Shown piece by piece: positions 1 through 10,971 of a DNA stretch of 64,000 bases. Source of the stretch: a virus; IMG/VR virus record IMGVR_UViG_3300031334_000002, positions 16,106 through 80,105 of that record. The stretch is one strand, 5' to 3'. Each line of letters begins with the position of its first letter. Position 1 is the first letter of the stretch. The notes beneath the pieces are model-generated. The model saw only the letters and a list, made by a program, of their open reading frames with translations, did not search any database and was not told the origin of the DNA. The translations under genes and the position numbers were made by a program.

Positions 1-1
1 C

Positions 2-1249
2 CAACTCGTCATTCCAAAACTCTCTAGCAGCAGCCTCACGTTCCGCATCAGAAAGCTGTCCACCAAAAAGCTCTTTTAGTGTTTTATTAGCAAAGTTTCT
101 AGCATCATCTCTACGCTCAATAGCAAGTCTACTTCTAAACACGTCAGGTATAGGAAATCTAGTTCCTCCGGCTTCTCCAAAGCCTGTATCTGCTGCAACT
201 TCTGCTTGTAACTTTTCTAACTTTGCGATAGTATTTGATGCATTATTCATACCTGTAGCTGTAAATTTGTTATATTCTTTAGCGTAATCTTTATCTACGG
301 CTTTTTGTCCTTCAGTTAAGCCTTCTTCCTTCTTTTGTTTTTTATCTAATCTTTTATTTTTAGAAATCAACTCTTTATTTCTTAAATCTAAAGATTCTTT
401 CTGATAAGGAGTCATATTAGGGTCTTTCCCTAATCCTTGTAGTTTTGCTATATTGATAGTTTCATTGAGACTAGGAGCTGGTCCTGCATCAAATTGTTGA
501 GCTTTCAAAGCTACACTGTTTGGTGAGTATTTGTCAAAAGTAGAAGCTATTGAAGAAAGAGCTGACATATTATCAGCACTTGATTGTCTCTTATTGTATT
601 CTTCTTTTTCTCTTCGATAGTCCTCTATAAGCTTTTCTATATTATCAGGTTCTTTAGACATTAACCCTCCATCATCATAATCTTTAGCTGATTCTACTTC
701 AACTTTAGGGGCACTTCCTAAACCATTAAGTTTATTTTTTAAGTCTTCTAATTTTTTTAATTTATCCATTTCTTTTTCATCCTTTAATGGGATATTATTT
801 AACAAATCTAAATACTCAACTGCTTTTGTACCATATGCATCAGTAGGAACCTCTCCTGTTTTTAGCATTTTAGAAACACCCCCAGCTCCCACTAAATGAG
901 CCGCACCAACAAGTCCTGACTCTGATACTTTCCTTCCGTTAAAGTCCTTACCTATATAATCAGTAGCACCTTTATTTTTAAGATATTTTCGACTAAGTTT
1001 AATATGGTCATCCATAGCTTTTTCTTGGATTTCTGGGGAATTTAAAAAGTCTTCTTCTCTCTTTATTCCATCCTTTCCTGTCCAGTTACCTTTTTTATCC
1101 TTGTATCCAGTATCAACTAGGGCATCTTTACCAAACTGATACTTTCCAATATAGCCTAGAGTGTTCTTGGCTTTGTAATTGTTACTGGATTCTCTTTTAG
1201 CTAATATCTCTTTGTACTTTTGCAATGAAGCGGGGTCTCTTTTCTCCAT
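2..1249 (-). CDS. Internal virion (ejection) protein with N-terminal lysozyme/lytic transglycosylase-like domain; runs off window edge
   Basis: Not in ORF track (no stop in window). ATG at 1249 reads MEKRDPASLQKYKEILAKRESSNNYKAKNTLGYIGKYQFGKDAL...AAHLVGAGG; RES..N....GKYQF is a lysozyme-like/SLT signature; last of the ejection-protein genes. Confidence 0.7.
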   Translation of the reverse strand, partial: MEKRDPASLQKYKEILAKRESSNNYKAKNTLGYIGKYQFGKDALVDTGYKDKKGNWTGKDGIKREEDFLNSPEIQEKAMDDHIKLSRKYLKNKGATDYIGKDFNGRKVSESGLVGAAHLVGAGGVSKMLKTGEVPTDAYGTKAVEYLDLLNNIPLKDEKEMDKLKKLEDLKNKLNGLGSAPKVEVESAKDYDDGGLMSKEPDNIEKLIEDYRREKEEYNKRQSSADNMSALSSIASTFDKYSPNSVALKAQQFDAGPAPSLNETINIAKLQGLGKDPNMTPYQKESLDLRNKELISKNKRLDKKQKKEEGLTEGQKAVDKDYAKEYNKFTATGMNNASNTIAKLEKLQAEVAADTGFGEAGGTRFPIPDVFRSRLAIERRDDARNFANKTLKELFGGQLSDAEREAAAREFWNDEL

Positions 1250-1250
1250 T

Positions 1251-3113
1251 TTACCTCTTGCGTTTACTGAGCATAGACATAAGATCACCCATGCCACCTG
1301 TAGGTTCTTTAACAATTCTTTCATTCGGTAGATCCTCAATTTCTAGCTCACCTCTGGCTACTGCCATAAGATTTTCTTGTTGAGAAGGATTGACTTCTTT
1401 CGCACCTTCGTCTACCATTGTATCAGTTCTCATCTCACTTTTCAAACGCTTATAATCCATTAACATGTCGTTAATACGATCTTGTTGTTCCATGTTCAGT
1501 ACCATTTCGCCATCATTTATACGATCAGGTAAGTTATCCCCTGAAAAACTATCAGTACCTGAGTCTATAATAGTGCCTTCTCCTCCATCATTGTAAGCCA
1601 TTCCATTAGAAACTCCACCGTTATTATACTGATGTCCTTTTTCTATGTTTTTTATGATACTTTTATCCAGCTCATCTATTTGTTTCTTGTACTTATTTGC
1701 GTTATAGTAGTCTTCTCCCATTTGTTGTTTCAATTGAGTCTTACTGTCTATTAACTTCTTTAGGTTATCATCTGAGTATTTAGTCCCCCCATCAGCAGCA
1801 ATCAATCGTTGACTTCCTAAGCCAGATAAAGCTTTAGTATTAACTACAGGCGCATTAGATATGTTCACCTGTCTCGTTTGAGCTTTTGGTTTGTTTGATT
1901 GACCTGCAATAGCTGATAATGCTTCCATATTTAGATCTGATTTACCTTTTGGGGCTTCAGCCGGGTTAGCTTTAGGACTTCTACCGATTAGTTCTTCTAG
2001 ACCTGACATTAAAGTTCCTGCTGACTCTGCTGTGCTTCTTGTACCTCTTTCTCCGAACATTGCTTTTTTATACGGATCGTCACCGAACTTCTGATCGTTC
2101 ATGTAATCGGCTTCAGCTTGCCTACCGTCCATTTGATCTTTAGAAAGTCCTCCATCAGCAAAATTACCAGAGTTATTACTTTGCATACCTCCACCAACAG
2201 CTCCACCAAGTTGAGCACCAACTGAAGCTCCTTTTGCTCCTGTCCCCGACATTGCACCAATTCCTGCTCCTACTAATGTACCAATCATCCCCCCCGGTCC
2301 TTGACTTCTACTAACATTCTGGGCAGTCATATTAGCAATAGGTTGAGTTGCATTTACATAAGCACCGGCTTTTTGCATTTCATTGCCAAATTGTTGTTGT
2401 TGTAGATTACCTAAGTTACTGTACATTTGTTGTTGTTGTTGCGACCTTTGGTCCTCTTGTCCTTGTCTAAGATTTAGGTTTTGAGAATTTGTATTTTGTC
2501 TGTTCATTGCATTAAAAGCTGCAATCTGATCTCTAGCTGTTGCTGCTGTTGATTTTTCTCCATACTCCTGTGATCTCATTCCAGTAGATGCATTAGCTAC
2601 TTGTTGTAAAGCTGATCTTCTGGAAGCAGCTTGATCCATAGCGAGTCTATCGCCAGCCTCTGCTGCATTTTGTGCCGAATCTTGTGATGATTGTAGCCTA
2701 GCAATTAGTTCAGATCCTGAACCCCCCACACCACGTTGAGCCATGTCACTAAGTATTGATTTTTGTCTAGCTTGTTCGTTAGAATTTACTTCTCTCTGAA
2801 GTGATCTTCTTTGAGCCATGTCCTCTTCGGTTAACCCTGATTCAGCAGCTTCAGATAACCCTTCAAGAGCCTGCATTTGAGCGTCTTTTAACCTAGGGTC
2901 GATTTCGATGTCTTCTAAAGCAGAGTCTTCTCTATCTATATTTTGATATAGACCCATTAGTCCGGGACGTTCTGCTGCCATAGATCGAATGTAATCTTCC
3001 ATCTGATTATAGTCAGGTTCTGCTACGGCTTCTAGTTTTGCTCTAGCTGCTTTCTGTTCAGCTATAGCAGCGTTCATTGCCTGCACTTCAGCTTCATTAG
3101 TCTTTTTACCCAT
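1251..3113 (-). CDS. Putative internal virion/DNA ejection protein
   Basis: Helical Q/A-rich protein with Gly-rich hydrophobic segment (GMIGTLVGAGIGAMSG); follows tail genes as in podoviruses. Confidence 0.6.
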   Translation of the reverse strand: MGKKTNEAEVQAMNAAIAEQKAARAKLEAVAEPDYNQMEDYIRSMAAERPGLMGLYQNIDREDSALEDIEIDPRLKDAQMQALEGLSEAAESGLTEEDMAQRRSLQREVNSNEQARQKSILSDMAQRGVGGSGSELIARLQSSQDSAQNAAEAGDRLAMDQAASRRSALQQVANASTGMRSQEYGEKSTAATARDQIAAFNAMNRQNTNSQNLNLRQGQEDQRSQQQQQMYSNLGNLQQQQFGNEMQKAGAYVNATQPIANMTAQNVSRSQGPGGMIGTLVGAGIGAMSGTGAKGASVGAQLGGAVGGGMQSNNSGNFADGGLSKDQMDGRQAEADYMNDQKFGDDPYKKAMFGERGTRSTAESAGTLMSGLEELIGRSPKANPAEAPKGKSDLNMEALSAIAGQSNKPKAQTRQVNISNAPVVNTKALSGLGSQRLIAADGGTKYSDDNLKKLIDSKTQLKQQMGEDYYNANKYKKQIDELDKSIIKNIEKGHQYNNGGVSNGMAYNDGGEGTIIDSGTDSFSGDNLPDRINDGEMVLNMEQQDRINDMLMDYKRLKSEMRTDTMVDEGAKEVNPSQQENLMAVARGELEIEDLPNERIVKEPTGGMGDLMSMLSKRKR

Positions 3114-3438
3114 TATTTAATTCCTTAACAAAATAGAGAAGTTCTTCATTATTTACTTGCGTGAATCCTGCAGATTCTATACCTTTTTTATTAACTTCCC
3201 AATTATTAGTTGTGGTATCTATTGTTGTTATTACTCTATTACAATTCATTCTTTTTGCTATTTTTATGGTCTGTTCTACTAGTTTTCTTGCGATTCCTGT
3301 TTTTCTCTTTTCAAAACAAACGAACATGTCCCTAAGATATAATGCGTCATCTATTTTTTTATATGTAACAAAAGAGTCCTTATCTTCAAAACAACCAAAA
3401 CCTTCACGTTCCATTATATAATCTGAATACAAACTCAT
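3106..3438 (-). CDS. GNAT-family acetyltransferase-like protein
   Basis: LYLRDMFV..EKRKTGIARKLV resembles the acetyl-CoA binding motif A; ends with GF motif. Confidence 0.7.
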   Translation of the reverse strand: MSLYSDYIMEREGFGCFEDKDSFVTYKKIDDALYLRDMFVCFEKRKTGIARKLVEQTIKIAKRMNCNRVITTIDTTTNNWEVNKKGIESAGFTQVNNEELLYFVKELNNG

Positions 3439-5738
3439 TATTGCCCAAGGGTTGTTTTAGCAGCATCACTTTGAACAAACGAACTTTCAGACTCGCCTCT
3501 TAGTGCGTTACTATTTCCAGCACTAAACATTTCATTGGCAGCTTGTGTTTTTTCTAGTGCAGAAATAACCGCATTTCTTATTCGATCAGCACTAACTGAT
3601 ACTCCATGTCTTCCATTTTGTCCCACATGGTTCCAATAAACAGCATCTCGTAGGAGACCGATAGCATTTGGATCTCCGTTAACAACGTCCTCTAAATTTA
3701 CATCAGTGTGGTTTGTACCTGTAAATCCTTTTTCTACTAATTGTTGGATATTGGATGATATTATACCAACATCGGGATCTTGTTGTTGTAGACTCGATTT
3801 TATTTCGTTTCGTGCTTGGTCTAGATTTTCAAATTGTTGTCCCGATCTTAACTTATCTTTAAATTGCATAACCGAGTTTCTATCGTTATTACTCAGCTCA
3901 CCTAAAGTCGTAGTTTGTTCTTGACCCTCACCTCTTAATTGACGAGCCATGATTTCATTTTCATTAAGAAACATTTCCTGATTATCTTTACCTGATAGAC
4001 GAGCTAGGGCTTGCGCCCTAGCCACATCTGTCAAGTTAGCTACGTCTTGGATACTATACTGAGTGGGATCATATTCATTTAGTAACGTAGCTGGGTCTAA
4101 ATTGTATCTTTCTTCACCTGTAATGCCTAGTATTTCTCTATCTTGAGCTGAGAGTCCTTGACCTGATTGTAATTTATCTTGTAGTTCTTTTATGTAACTA
4201 CCTTCTCCACTTTGAACTCTACTTTCTAGATCTTGCTGTAGCGTTTCGTTTGCTGTGTCTAGTCCTTGCTGTAATTCTTTTTGTAAATTCTCAGTTCCAA
4301 GTCTTAGTTCATCTTGACTAATCCTTCCTTGCTCGAAAGCATCTTTCAACATTCTTTGAGTGTTCTGTGCTTGATCTCTTAGACCCTGAACTAACGAAGA
4401 ACTTGCTTCTTTATTTCCACTTAATATCAAATTATCTAGAGTAGCTTGACCTGAAGTATACCCGCCTTGCTGACCAAAGTTTTGTCTTAGTAGGTTTCTT
4501 CTTCCTTCACTGGTATTAGATAGTTCCGCTGAACTAGAAAGTTCATCTGATTCTCGTTGCTGCGTGGTTAAATTAAGTATAGCATCATCAAACCTCTCAA
4601 CGCCAGTTCTTAGGTCATTAAATCTCTGAATGTCATCCTGAGTTAATTCTTGAGAAGCATTATCTATCTTTTCCTGAATAGCAGCCATTTCAGTTTGAAG
4701 TTGGTTTTTATTTTGGAATAATCTTTGTTGTTCTTGTGCTCTATTATATTCATCCTGAAGCTGGTCTAACTTGCCCCGCTGTGTTTGATTTTGACCTTGT
4801 GCTTCTTGTTGAGCGTTTAGGCTTTGTCTGTATTGTTGAAAAGAGTCTAAACGTCCAGTCAAAGTATTCAGTTCATCTATTAGTCCCGGATTACCTGTCC
4901 CTAGTTGTAGTTGTTCGTTTATTTGATTAACTCTAGTCTGATCTTGCTGTAAACTCTGATCTACAGCTTGAATCATGTTTTGATCTCCAGAAGCAAGTCC
5001 TTGTTGAACTTGTTCATTGTCGAAGTAAGTAGGGGTCACTCTTACGCCTTCTTGAAATCTATTATATGTCATTTGCTCACCAGACTGTACTGGTTGATTT
5101 AACTGTTGTCCAAAGTTCTGCGCCTGTTGATTAAAGTTTTGTTGTGCTTGATTGTAAGCCTGTTGTGATTGATCGTAAGCTATTTGTTCTGTAGCTTGGT
5201 TTTGTTTATTTTGATTTATATTTGCTGTTTGGTCTGTAAGATTGGGATTAAACTGATCATACCTCTGTTGTGTATCCGACTGTTGTTGCTGTAACATAGG
5301 GGTACTTTCTTGAATTTGAGCTTGTTGTATCGTTTGTTGACCAAAGTTCTGAGCCCCTTGTATCCTATTGCGGTTAGACTCGACCCTAGACATGAAATCG
5401 TTCTTTTGTTTACTTATTGCATTTTGAACGTTCTGGTTTTGCATTCCTGTATTTTTTTGAATGTTCTGGGACATATTCTGAGCCCCAGCTTTGTTTTGAT
5501 TAATATACTTTTGGATATTAGTGAACATACCTGAAGAGGCTTTCTTAGAAGCTCCTGAGGGTGCCTTGGGGGCAGTCTGGGTGTTAGTGTTACCGACAGT
5601 AGCACTTTGTGGTCCAGACACGTTTAAATCTTGATTCTGAGCTTGTGGTTGATTGTTTTGTTGGGTAGCGTTAGACTGAGGGGCAAGTATATCCATGCCC
5701 GACTTTTCGTTGTCGTCCTCTTTTGGTATGTAAGCCAT
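3438..5738 (-). CDS. Gln-rich coiled-coil putative internal virion protein
   Basis: 766 aa Q/N-rich helical protein in ejection-protein position; preceded by late motif at 5764. Confidence 0.55.
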   Translation of the reverse strand: MAYIPKEDDNEKSGMDILAPQSNATQQNNQPQAQNQDLNVSGPQSATVGNTNTQTAPKAPSGASKKASSGMFTNIQKYINQNKAGAQNMSQNIQKNTGMQNQNVQNAISKQKNDFMSRVESNRNRIQGAQNFGQQTIQQAQIQESTPMLQQQQSDTQQRYDQFNPNLTDQTANINQNKQNQATEQIAYDQSQQAYNQAQQNFNQQAQNFGQQLNQPVQSGEQMTYNRFQEGVRVTPTYFDNEQVQQGLASGDQNMIQAVDQSLQQDQTRVNQINEQLQLGTGNPGLIDELNTLTGRLDSFQQYRQSLNAQQEAQGQNQTQRGKLDQLQDEYNRAQEQQRLFQNKNQLQTEMAAIQEKIDNASQELTQDDIQRFNDLRTGVERFDDAILNLTTQQRESDELSSSAELSNTSEGRRNLLRQNFGQQGGYTSGQATLDNLILSGNKEASSSLVQGLRDQAQNTQRMLKDAFEQGRISQDELRLGTENLQKELQQGLDTANETLQQDLESRVQSGEGSYIKELQDKLQSGQGLSAQDREILGITGEERYNLDPATLLNEYDPTQYSIQDVANLTDVARAQALARLSGKDNQEMFLNENEIMARQLRGEGQEQTTTLGELSNNDRNSVMQFKDKLRSGQQFENLDQARNEIKSSLQQQDPDVGIISSNIQQLVEKGFTGTNHTDVNLEDVVNGDPNAIGLLRDAVYWNHVGQNGRHGVSVSADRIRNAVISALEKTQAANEMFSAGNSNALRGESESSFVQSDAAKTTLGQ

Positions 5739-5763
5739 TTAATCCTCGTATAATATCCTATAT

Positions 5764-5773
5764 CTAGTTGTTA
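5764..5773 (-). promoter_or_regulatory. Putative late promoter motif TAACAACTAG
   Basis: Exact 10-mer upstream of six late genes; 26 nt upstream of the 5738 start. Confidence 0.65.
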
Positions 5774-5780
5774 TTTCAAC

Positions 5781-6194
5781 CTAGTATATGACTTCACATA
5801 ACAGTTGAAAGCGGTTAGAAGCAGGTAAACCTGTAATTTTATTGACTTTATATAGTGAATTGCCCGTAGGTTCAAACGAAATGAAAGGTGAAGCATTAGG
5901 GAATACCGCCCTATTCGTAAGATTTTGAGCACTTAAAACAACAATACCTCTAATAGTATTTCCGGTTTCAGTTCTGAAAGTTATTGGATTTATTGAGTTT
6001 CCAGATCCATCTAATGTCACGTCTATCGTTATTAACTCTCTATTTATGTTGTCGTAGTCCAACCTACCATTAACAGTATCAACGGTCTGTGTCATAAAGT
6101 AATTAAATATTTCAGCAAACTTAGCTACTAACTCACGATCCTCTTCTTCAAAATCTTCTATCCTAAGTCTTTGCACATTTGATAGTCTAGTCAT
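5781..6194 (-). CDS. Hypothetical virion protein
   Basis: Translationally coupled to the nozzle-like gene. Confidence 0.5.
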   Translation of the reverse strand: MTRLSNVQRLRIEDFEEEDRELVAKFAEIFNYFMTQTVDTVNGRLDYDNINRELITIDVTLDGSGNSINPITFRTETGNTIRGIVVLSAQNLTNRAVFPNASPFISFEPTGNSLYKVNKITGLPASNRFQLLCEVIY

Positions 6195-9100
6195 TATTTA
6201 TATGCCCTGTTACTAATCTGTCTAACCATTAAAGAAATTCCGTTTATCCTGACTATTTCCCTAGCATTAAGATGGTTAATTTGGACTGTCAAATATCGAC
6301 ACCTTTGCTTTTCAAGAGGTATTAAAGTTCTAAAAGGAACATCGTTACCTAAGCCTCCCCAAGTACCTGTACCCCAAAAAGGTGTACCCCATTCACCAAT
6401 TCCCAGTCCACTAAAATTAGTAGAGACGAAGGACGCAGATTGATCACTGGCGTAAGCTATAGACCCACCATAGAAAGCACTTTGGTCGAATAAGATTGTT
6501 CCTTGTCTTATTTGTTTTAGCAGTGTTGGGTCTCCAAAGTGTTCTGGGGCATATTGAACTTTTACTGGTATCCCTTTGAATATTGTTATAGAACCTTCCA
6601 CGAATGGCGTATCGAAAAGTCCAGTAAGTAAGTTGCCTTGAGTTGTCACGCTATCAACGACTACTTCATAAGAAACAAGAAGTGATACTTCTGAGTAATC
6701 TTTAAAAGAAGTACCTGAACTGACAATATTCAATTCTTGCATTAGGTCGTTGTATTGATCTTTTTGTGTTTCGATGTCATTACTGTATACAACAGGCGTA
6801 ACCGATATACCATCAGTAATTAATTTATCATTAATATCACCCAACGCATTACTAATCCTAGTACCTGCAGCGTATTGAATAGTCTGTTCGTAATTCGAAC
6901 TAGATACTCCGTTATCGATATCTAATTTTTGTAAGAGCCTTCTAATCACAGATAAGGTAACGTATTGATTTTGAAAAACTACATCACCTTTTTCTACTTC
7001 AGAAACTGTACTTACGCTTAATACATTAGAAGAAACTCCTGAAGGTAATAATGTTAAATTAAAATCTCTGTCAGAATAGTCTGTTCTGTTGTTGTTTTTA
7101 CGTTCCTGAGTTAGTGTATTTCTATCACCTGCTCCTATTATTAATTTATCATTTCTACTAGTTACCATACCACAAGTAGCGTCTATAATGAATCTAGTCC
7201 AAGTTCTAGTAAAAGAGTTAAACCTATAGCATTGTGTTGCCGTCGTATCCTCTTCATTCGTTGGTAACCACAAAAGATAACTTCTATCTGAACTGTATGA
7301 TACACCAAATGCTACAGTAGAAAAGTTAAACCTACTATTAACTACATTTTTTATTAAGTTCTCTATAGGTCTTGATATTACCTGTACTCCAGTGTCTGAA
7401 ATCCTAACAACACCTTCATCAGTAAGAGCATAGATAACATTATTTAACACAACAGCACTGTCAGGAGCTTTTAGCTCCGTAGACCCATCCAATAACCTCA
7501 CAGTGAAATTGGGAGCAGAGGTTCCAGATATGATATATATGCCGTCTTCCTTTAATGCGAATAAGTTATCTCTTAGAGGTAGTATTCTGAGTATCGGTTT
7601 GTCTTTAGGACCGATATCAATAAAATTAACTATAGGGACAGCCTCTGGTCTATTGCTTTTTGAGAAGTATATCCTATTGGGTTTTTCTTCATTATCAGAA
7701 AAGTTACTTCCTAAAAATACCTCTCCTTCATTGAGGGTGTCTGTTGTTGTTTCAAAAGGTATAGTAAAATTATTATTATTTATCTTAGTGATCAAAAACG
7801 ATCCTCTAATTATAGGACTTGAAGCTAAGTTTTCAACAAAAACAGTTTGACCTGTTGCATATCCATGACTGACGGATTCAATGTTAGTAGCTGTTCCTAA
7901 TGTGGTTGATGTTATAGTCTTTTCTAAATTTAAACTAGGGTCGAAACTAGGTTGTGTGTTTAGGTCTGATGTCGCTATGTAAAATGTATCATCTACTAAT
8001 GTTTTAGCTTCTAGCAAGATTATCCCCGGAACGTCGTTTGCTGAGGAAAGATAATAAGCATTAACTGGGGATAGACTATCTGCGTTAATAACTTTAACTA
8101 TACTTCTAGCAGTTTCATCTATACTTGCGGCAACTGATATTTGATTAGAAAGAAGAAATTCTTGCAAGCCAGTGTCTTCTCCATCCCCTTCTGTAGAAGG
8201 AGCAGAAAATACAAACCCTGTACTTTCTGAAACGGAATCCCTAGCGTTTTCAGTTACGATACCATTCTTAGACCATGTTATAGTCATAACTGAACCTAAA
8301 ACTGAAATTTCAAAATCACCGGTAGTAGCAAGTGCTGTTGCTATTTTTACTGCAATATCATCAGTAGAATCTCCACTATTATAACGGACCCTAACTGCTA
8401 TTTTATTATCGAATTCAGAATCAGTAGGTAGTGGGTCATTACCATCTTCGTCGAAATAAACAAAATACTTCCTCTGGTTTCTAGCTGAGTCGATTAACCA
8501 ACCTTTACCGCCTATTGTATTAGAGTTTACTTCTATATCTTGAACTTGAGTTTCACCTATCGCTGTGTATTTTCTTTTAACTTGGTCGTTAGCTATGATA
8601 AAATCAGAAACTCCAGATGTAAAAGAAAGAACAGAAACTAAGTTAAAAGTTAACTTATGAGTTGTTTTAGTATTTGAAAAAAACGTAGAACCATTAAAAA
8701 GTGCTATATCTTTTGCTACTGGAGGTCTAGAGTTCGCTTGAGTTATGCCTTCTCCAGATATAGGATTCGTGTATAAAAAAGCTGCTGAAGCTCTAAAATC
8801 CTCGGGTGTTATATCTTCAATTGTTACTTCGGTTAAGAGATCTCCGTTCGAATCTAGCGGATTTCCTTCGAATACTAAATTCATTTCGTCCCCCGGATCA
8901 ATATCATCAAGGGTTAATCCGTCAGGGACTGTTACTGAAGTAGTTCTGTATATTTGATAGAAATAGGTATTGTCTATTCCAGAAGGAACACTAAAATTAA
9001 CAGTTGTATTTGCAGAAGTTCCCTCTGTTACTGATCCTTGTTCTAAAACTGTAGTAGTAAAATTAGTAGCCGGTCCTCCTGATGTTTCGTAGTCAGCAAC

Positions 9101-9994
9101 GTCGTCTACGTTTTCTGCTTCTACTACCGAAACTTGAACTGCATTAGAACTAATCGATACTTCAAACTCAAATAAATTAGATATAGCGTCAGCTGTTTTA
9201 GATGCTGTAGTCAAGTTTGTTTGACCGGGACTTGATAAATTTATTTCAATACCAGTTTTTCCTAAGGTTTCTGCTGTCTGAGGTTCTTCATCCGTACCCG
9301 ATAACTGATACCAAATAAAATAATCATTTACGCTTGACGAAAAAGTAAAATACTCTGCGGTTGTAGGAACGGATGTGAATGTTATCTGAAAAGTCTCTGA
9401 AACCTCCACCGAGTTGCTTGTGTTAGTTAATACGAAACGTTCTGAAGGGTGTCCCAAGAGTAAATTACTATTGTTATCTTTTTTTCCCCACAAAACTCTA
9501 TATGCGGTTTTACTTTGAGGAGGAAGAAATCCGCTTTGATTAAACAATAAAGACGCCTCCAAAGATACTGCCCTAGGTACACCTGCTTCTTCTATCGAAT
9601 CAACAGTCACTTGGGAAGAGTTAACTGCTGATATCTTTTTAATGCCACTATTTTCTGTAAAGTAAAAATTACCGTTTGCTTCTAATGATTTTATTCTAAG
9701 ACCAGCTTTTAGTTCTTGATATGAACCAATAAAATCAGTAAAAACTCCAGAACCGTTATCATATTGTAGTTGATCGTTAAAGTGTCTAATAATTAAATCT
9801 TTATACTCACTAACTTGTTTCACTCGATCATCAATGTTAGGAAGATCATCACCAAACTCAGCTTGACCTCTTCTAATTTCGATAACATCATCTTCGTCTA
9901 TTATGATATTATTAGCAATATCCATGGCTCCATCAGGAACTGTCGTTTCATTTTTGTACGTGTACAGTCCTTTTGCGTTAAGTGTAAATGGCAT
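6194..9994 (-). CDS. Tail nozzle/tail tubular protein B-like (stabilisation protein) with inserted domains
   Basis: 1266 aa beta-rich; NRIYFSKSNRPEAVP and propeller-like repeats; C-terminal WG..WG motif; follows the adaptor-like gene. Confidence 0.65.
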   Translation of the reverse strand: MPFTLNAKGLYTYKNETTVPDGAMDIANNIIIDEDDVIEIRRGQAEFGDDLPNIDDRVKQVSEYKDLIIRHFNDQLQYDNGSGVFTDFIGSYQELKAGLRIKSLEANGNFYFTENSGIKKISAVNSSQVTVDSIEEAGVPRAVSLEASLLFNQSGFLPPQSKTAYRVLWGKKDNNSNLLLGHPSERFVLTNTSNSVEVSETFQITFTSVPTTAEYFTFSSSVNDYFIWYQLSGTDEEPQTAETLGKTGIEINLSSPGQTNLTTASKTADAISNLFEFEVSISSNAVQVSVVEAENVDDVADYETSGGPATNFTTTVLEQGSVTEGTSANTTVNFSVPSGIDNTYFYQIYRTTSVTVPDGLTLDDIDPGDEMNLVFEGNPLDSNGDLLTEVTIEDITPEDFRASAAFLYTNPISGEGITQANSRPPVAKDIALFNGSTFFSNTKTTHKLTFNLVSVLSFTSGVSDFIIANDQVKRKYTAIGETQVQDIEVNSNTIGGKGWLIDSARNQRKYFVYFDEDGNDPLPTDSEFDNKIAVRVRYNSGDSTDDIAVKIATALATTGDFEISVLGSVMTITWSKNGIVTENARDSVSESTGFVFSAPSTEGDGEDTGLQEFLLSNQISVAASIDETARSIVKVINADSLSPVNAYYLSSANDVPGIILLEAKTLVDDTFYIATSDLNTQPSFDPSLNLEKTITSTTLGTATNIESVSHGYATGQTVFVENLASSPIIRGSFLITKINNNNFTIPFETTTDTLNEGEVFLGSNFSDNEEKPNRIYFSKSNRPEAVPIVNFIDIGPKDKPILRILPLRDNLFALKEDGIYIISGTSAPNFTVRLLDGSTELKAPDSAVVLNNVIYALTDEGVVRISDTGVQVISRPIENLIKNVVNSRFNFSTVAFGVSYSSDRSYLLWLPTNEEDTTATQCYRFNSFTRTWTRFIIDATCGMVTSRNDKLIIGAGDRNTLTQERKNNNRTDYSDRDFNLTLLPSGVSSNVLSVSTVSEVEKGDVVFQNQYVTLSVIRRLLQKLDIDNGVSSSNYEQTIQYAAGTRISNALGDINDKLITDGISVTPVVYSNDIETQKDQYNDLMQELNIVSSGTSFKDYSEVSLLVSYEVVVDSVTTQGNLLTGLFDTPFVEGSITIFKGIPVKVQYAPEHFGDPTLLKQIRQGTILFDQSAFYGGSIAYASDQSASFVSTNFSGLGIGEWGTPFWGTGTWGGLGNDVPFRTLIPLEKQRCRYLTVQINHLNAREIVRINGISLMVRQISNRAYK

Positions 9995-10956
9995 TAGTTA
10001 CCTCTAAATTTGTTACGGTTTCCGTTTACTGCATCTCTAAGGGGACTATGGCGAGGCTTGATCTTTTGCGGAGCACCTTCCACTCTATTATCTATTAGGT
10101 TAGTTACTGCTTTTTCCATTTTCATAAGTTTTCTTGTTGCATTTGTTAAGCCTTCGGTGTCACCTAACGCTTGTAAACAAAGTAAAGCCCCTCGTTGAGC
10201 TAAGATTGCATGTAGTTCAGTTGGCATTTGGGGATATGGTGACTCTTCGGCTTGACATATGTAGTCTCCAGAAACTAAATCAGAAGGTAACATATCATTA
10301 TTAATAGTTACTGACTTAGTGTTCTTATTTATAGAGGTTGCTTGTATATCAAACTTTTTCAATTTATTAGGAGACTTACTACCTACTATGTCAAATAAAG
10401 GATTATTTGCAAAGGTATCAGGAAAGTTATCTATCGTTATAACCGTTTCTGTAGTTCCTTTTGTTATTCCTATAATTTTTCCTGTTTCTTTTACTAGAAC
10501 TAGATCGCTAGGTCTTAAATAGAAGTACATGCGTAATTTAGAATTAGGTTGAATAGACAATGAAGGAATAACTACGTTGTTGTTTTCTAAATAAAAAACC
10601 GATGCTTGATTTGTCGAATAAGAACTAGTGTAATCAGATATCTCTTCGAGACTAACTCTTGACAGTTCTGAAGGATTTCCAGCACTGTCAATGTATGCAA
10701 CATCTCTAAGTTTGTTACCTATTGAGCGATAAGGAATCTCATATTGAAAGGGAGCTTCAATATCTGCAGGTATTTCAACATAATTAACTAAATGTTCCTC
10801 GTGTTGTTCCAGCAAGTAAGGGAGAATCCCAGTACTAATCTCTTCGTTCAGTATCTCTAAAAAATCTTCTGACTCAAACGTAGATTGGTCGGTTGGTATC
10901 AGAGCGCGTCTTTTTAGTGATCTGATTAAATCATCAGATGTTAAGGGTTTAGCCAT
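9994..10956 (-). CDS. Head-tail adaptor/tail tubular protein A-like
   Basis: N-terminal helix (LIRSLKRR..DFLEILNEEI), YEIP motif, PQMPTELHAIL; position upstream of the nozzle-like gene. Confidence 0.6.
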   Translation of the reverse strand: MAKPLTSDDLIRSLKRRALIPTDQSTFESEDFLEILNEEISTGILPYLLEQHEEHLVNYVEIPADIEAPFQYEIPYRSIGNKLRDVAYIDSAGNPSELSRVSLEEISDYTSSYSTNQASVFYLENNNVVIPSLSIQPNSKLRMYFYLRPSDLVLVKETGKIIGITKGTTETVITIDNFPDTFANNPLFDIVGSKSPNKLKKFDIQATSINKNTKSVTINNDMLPSDLVSGDYICQAEESPYPQMPTELHAILAQRGALLCLQALGDTEGLTNATRKLMKMEKAVTNLIDNRVEGAPQKIKPRHSPLRDAVNGNRNKFRGN

Positions 10957-10971
10957 TTTTTTATACCTTTA

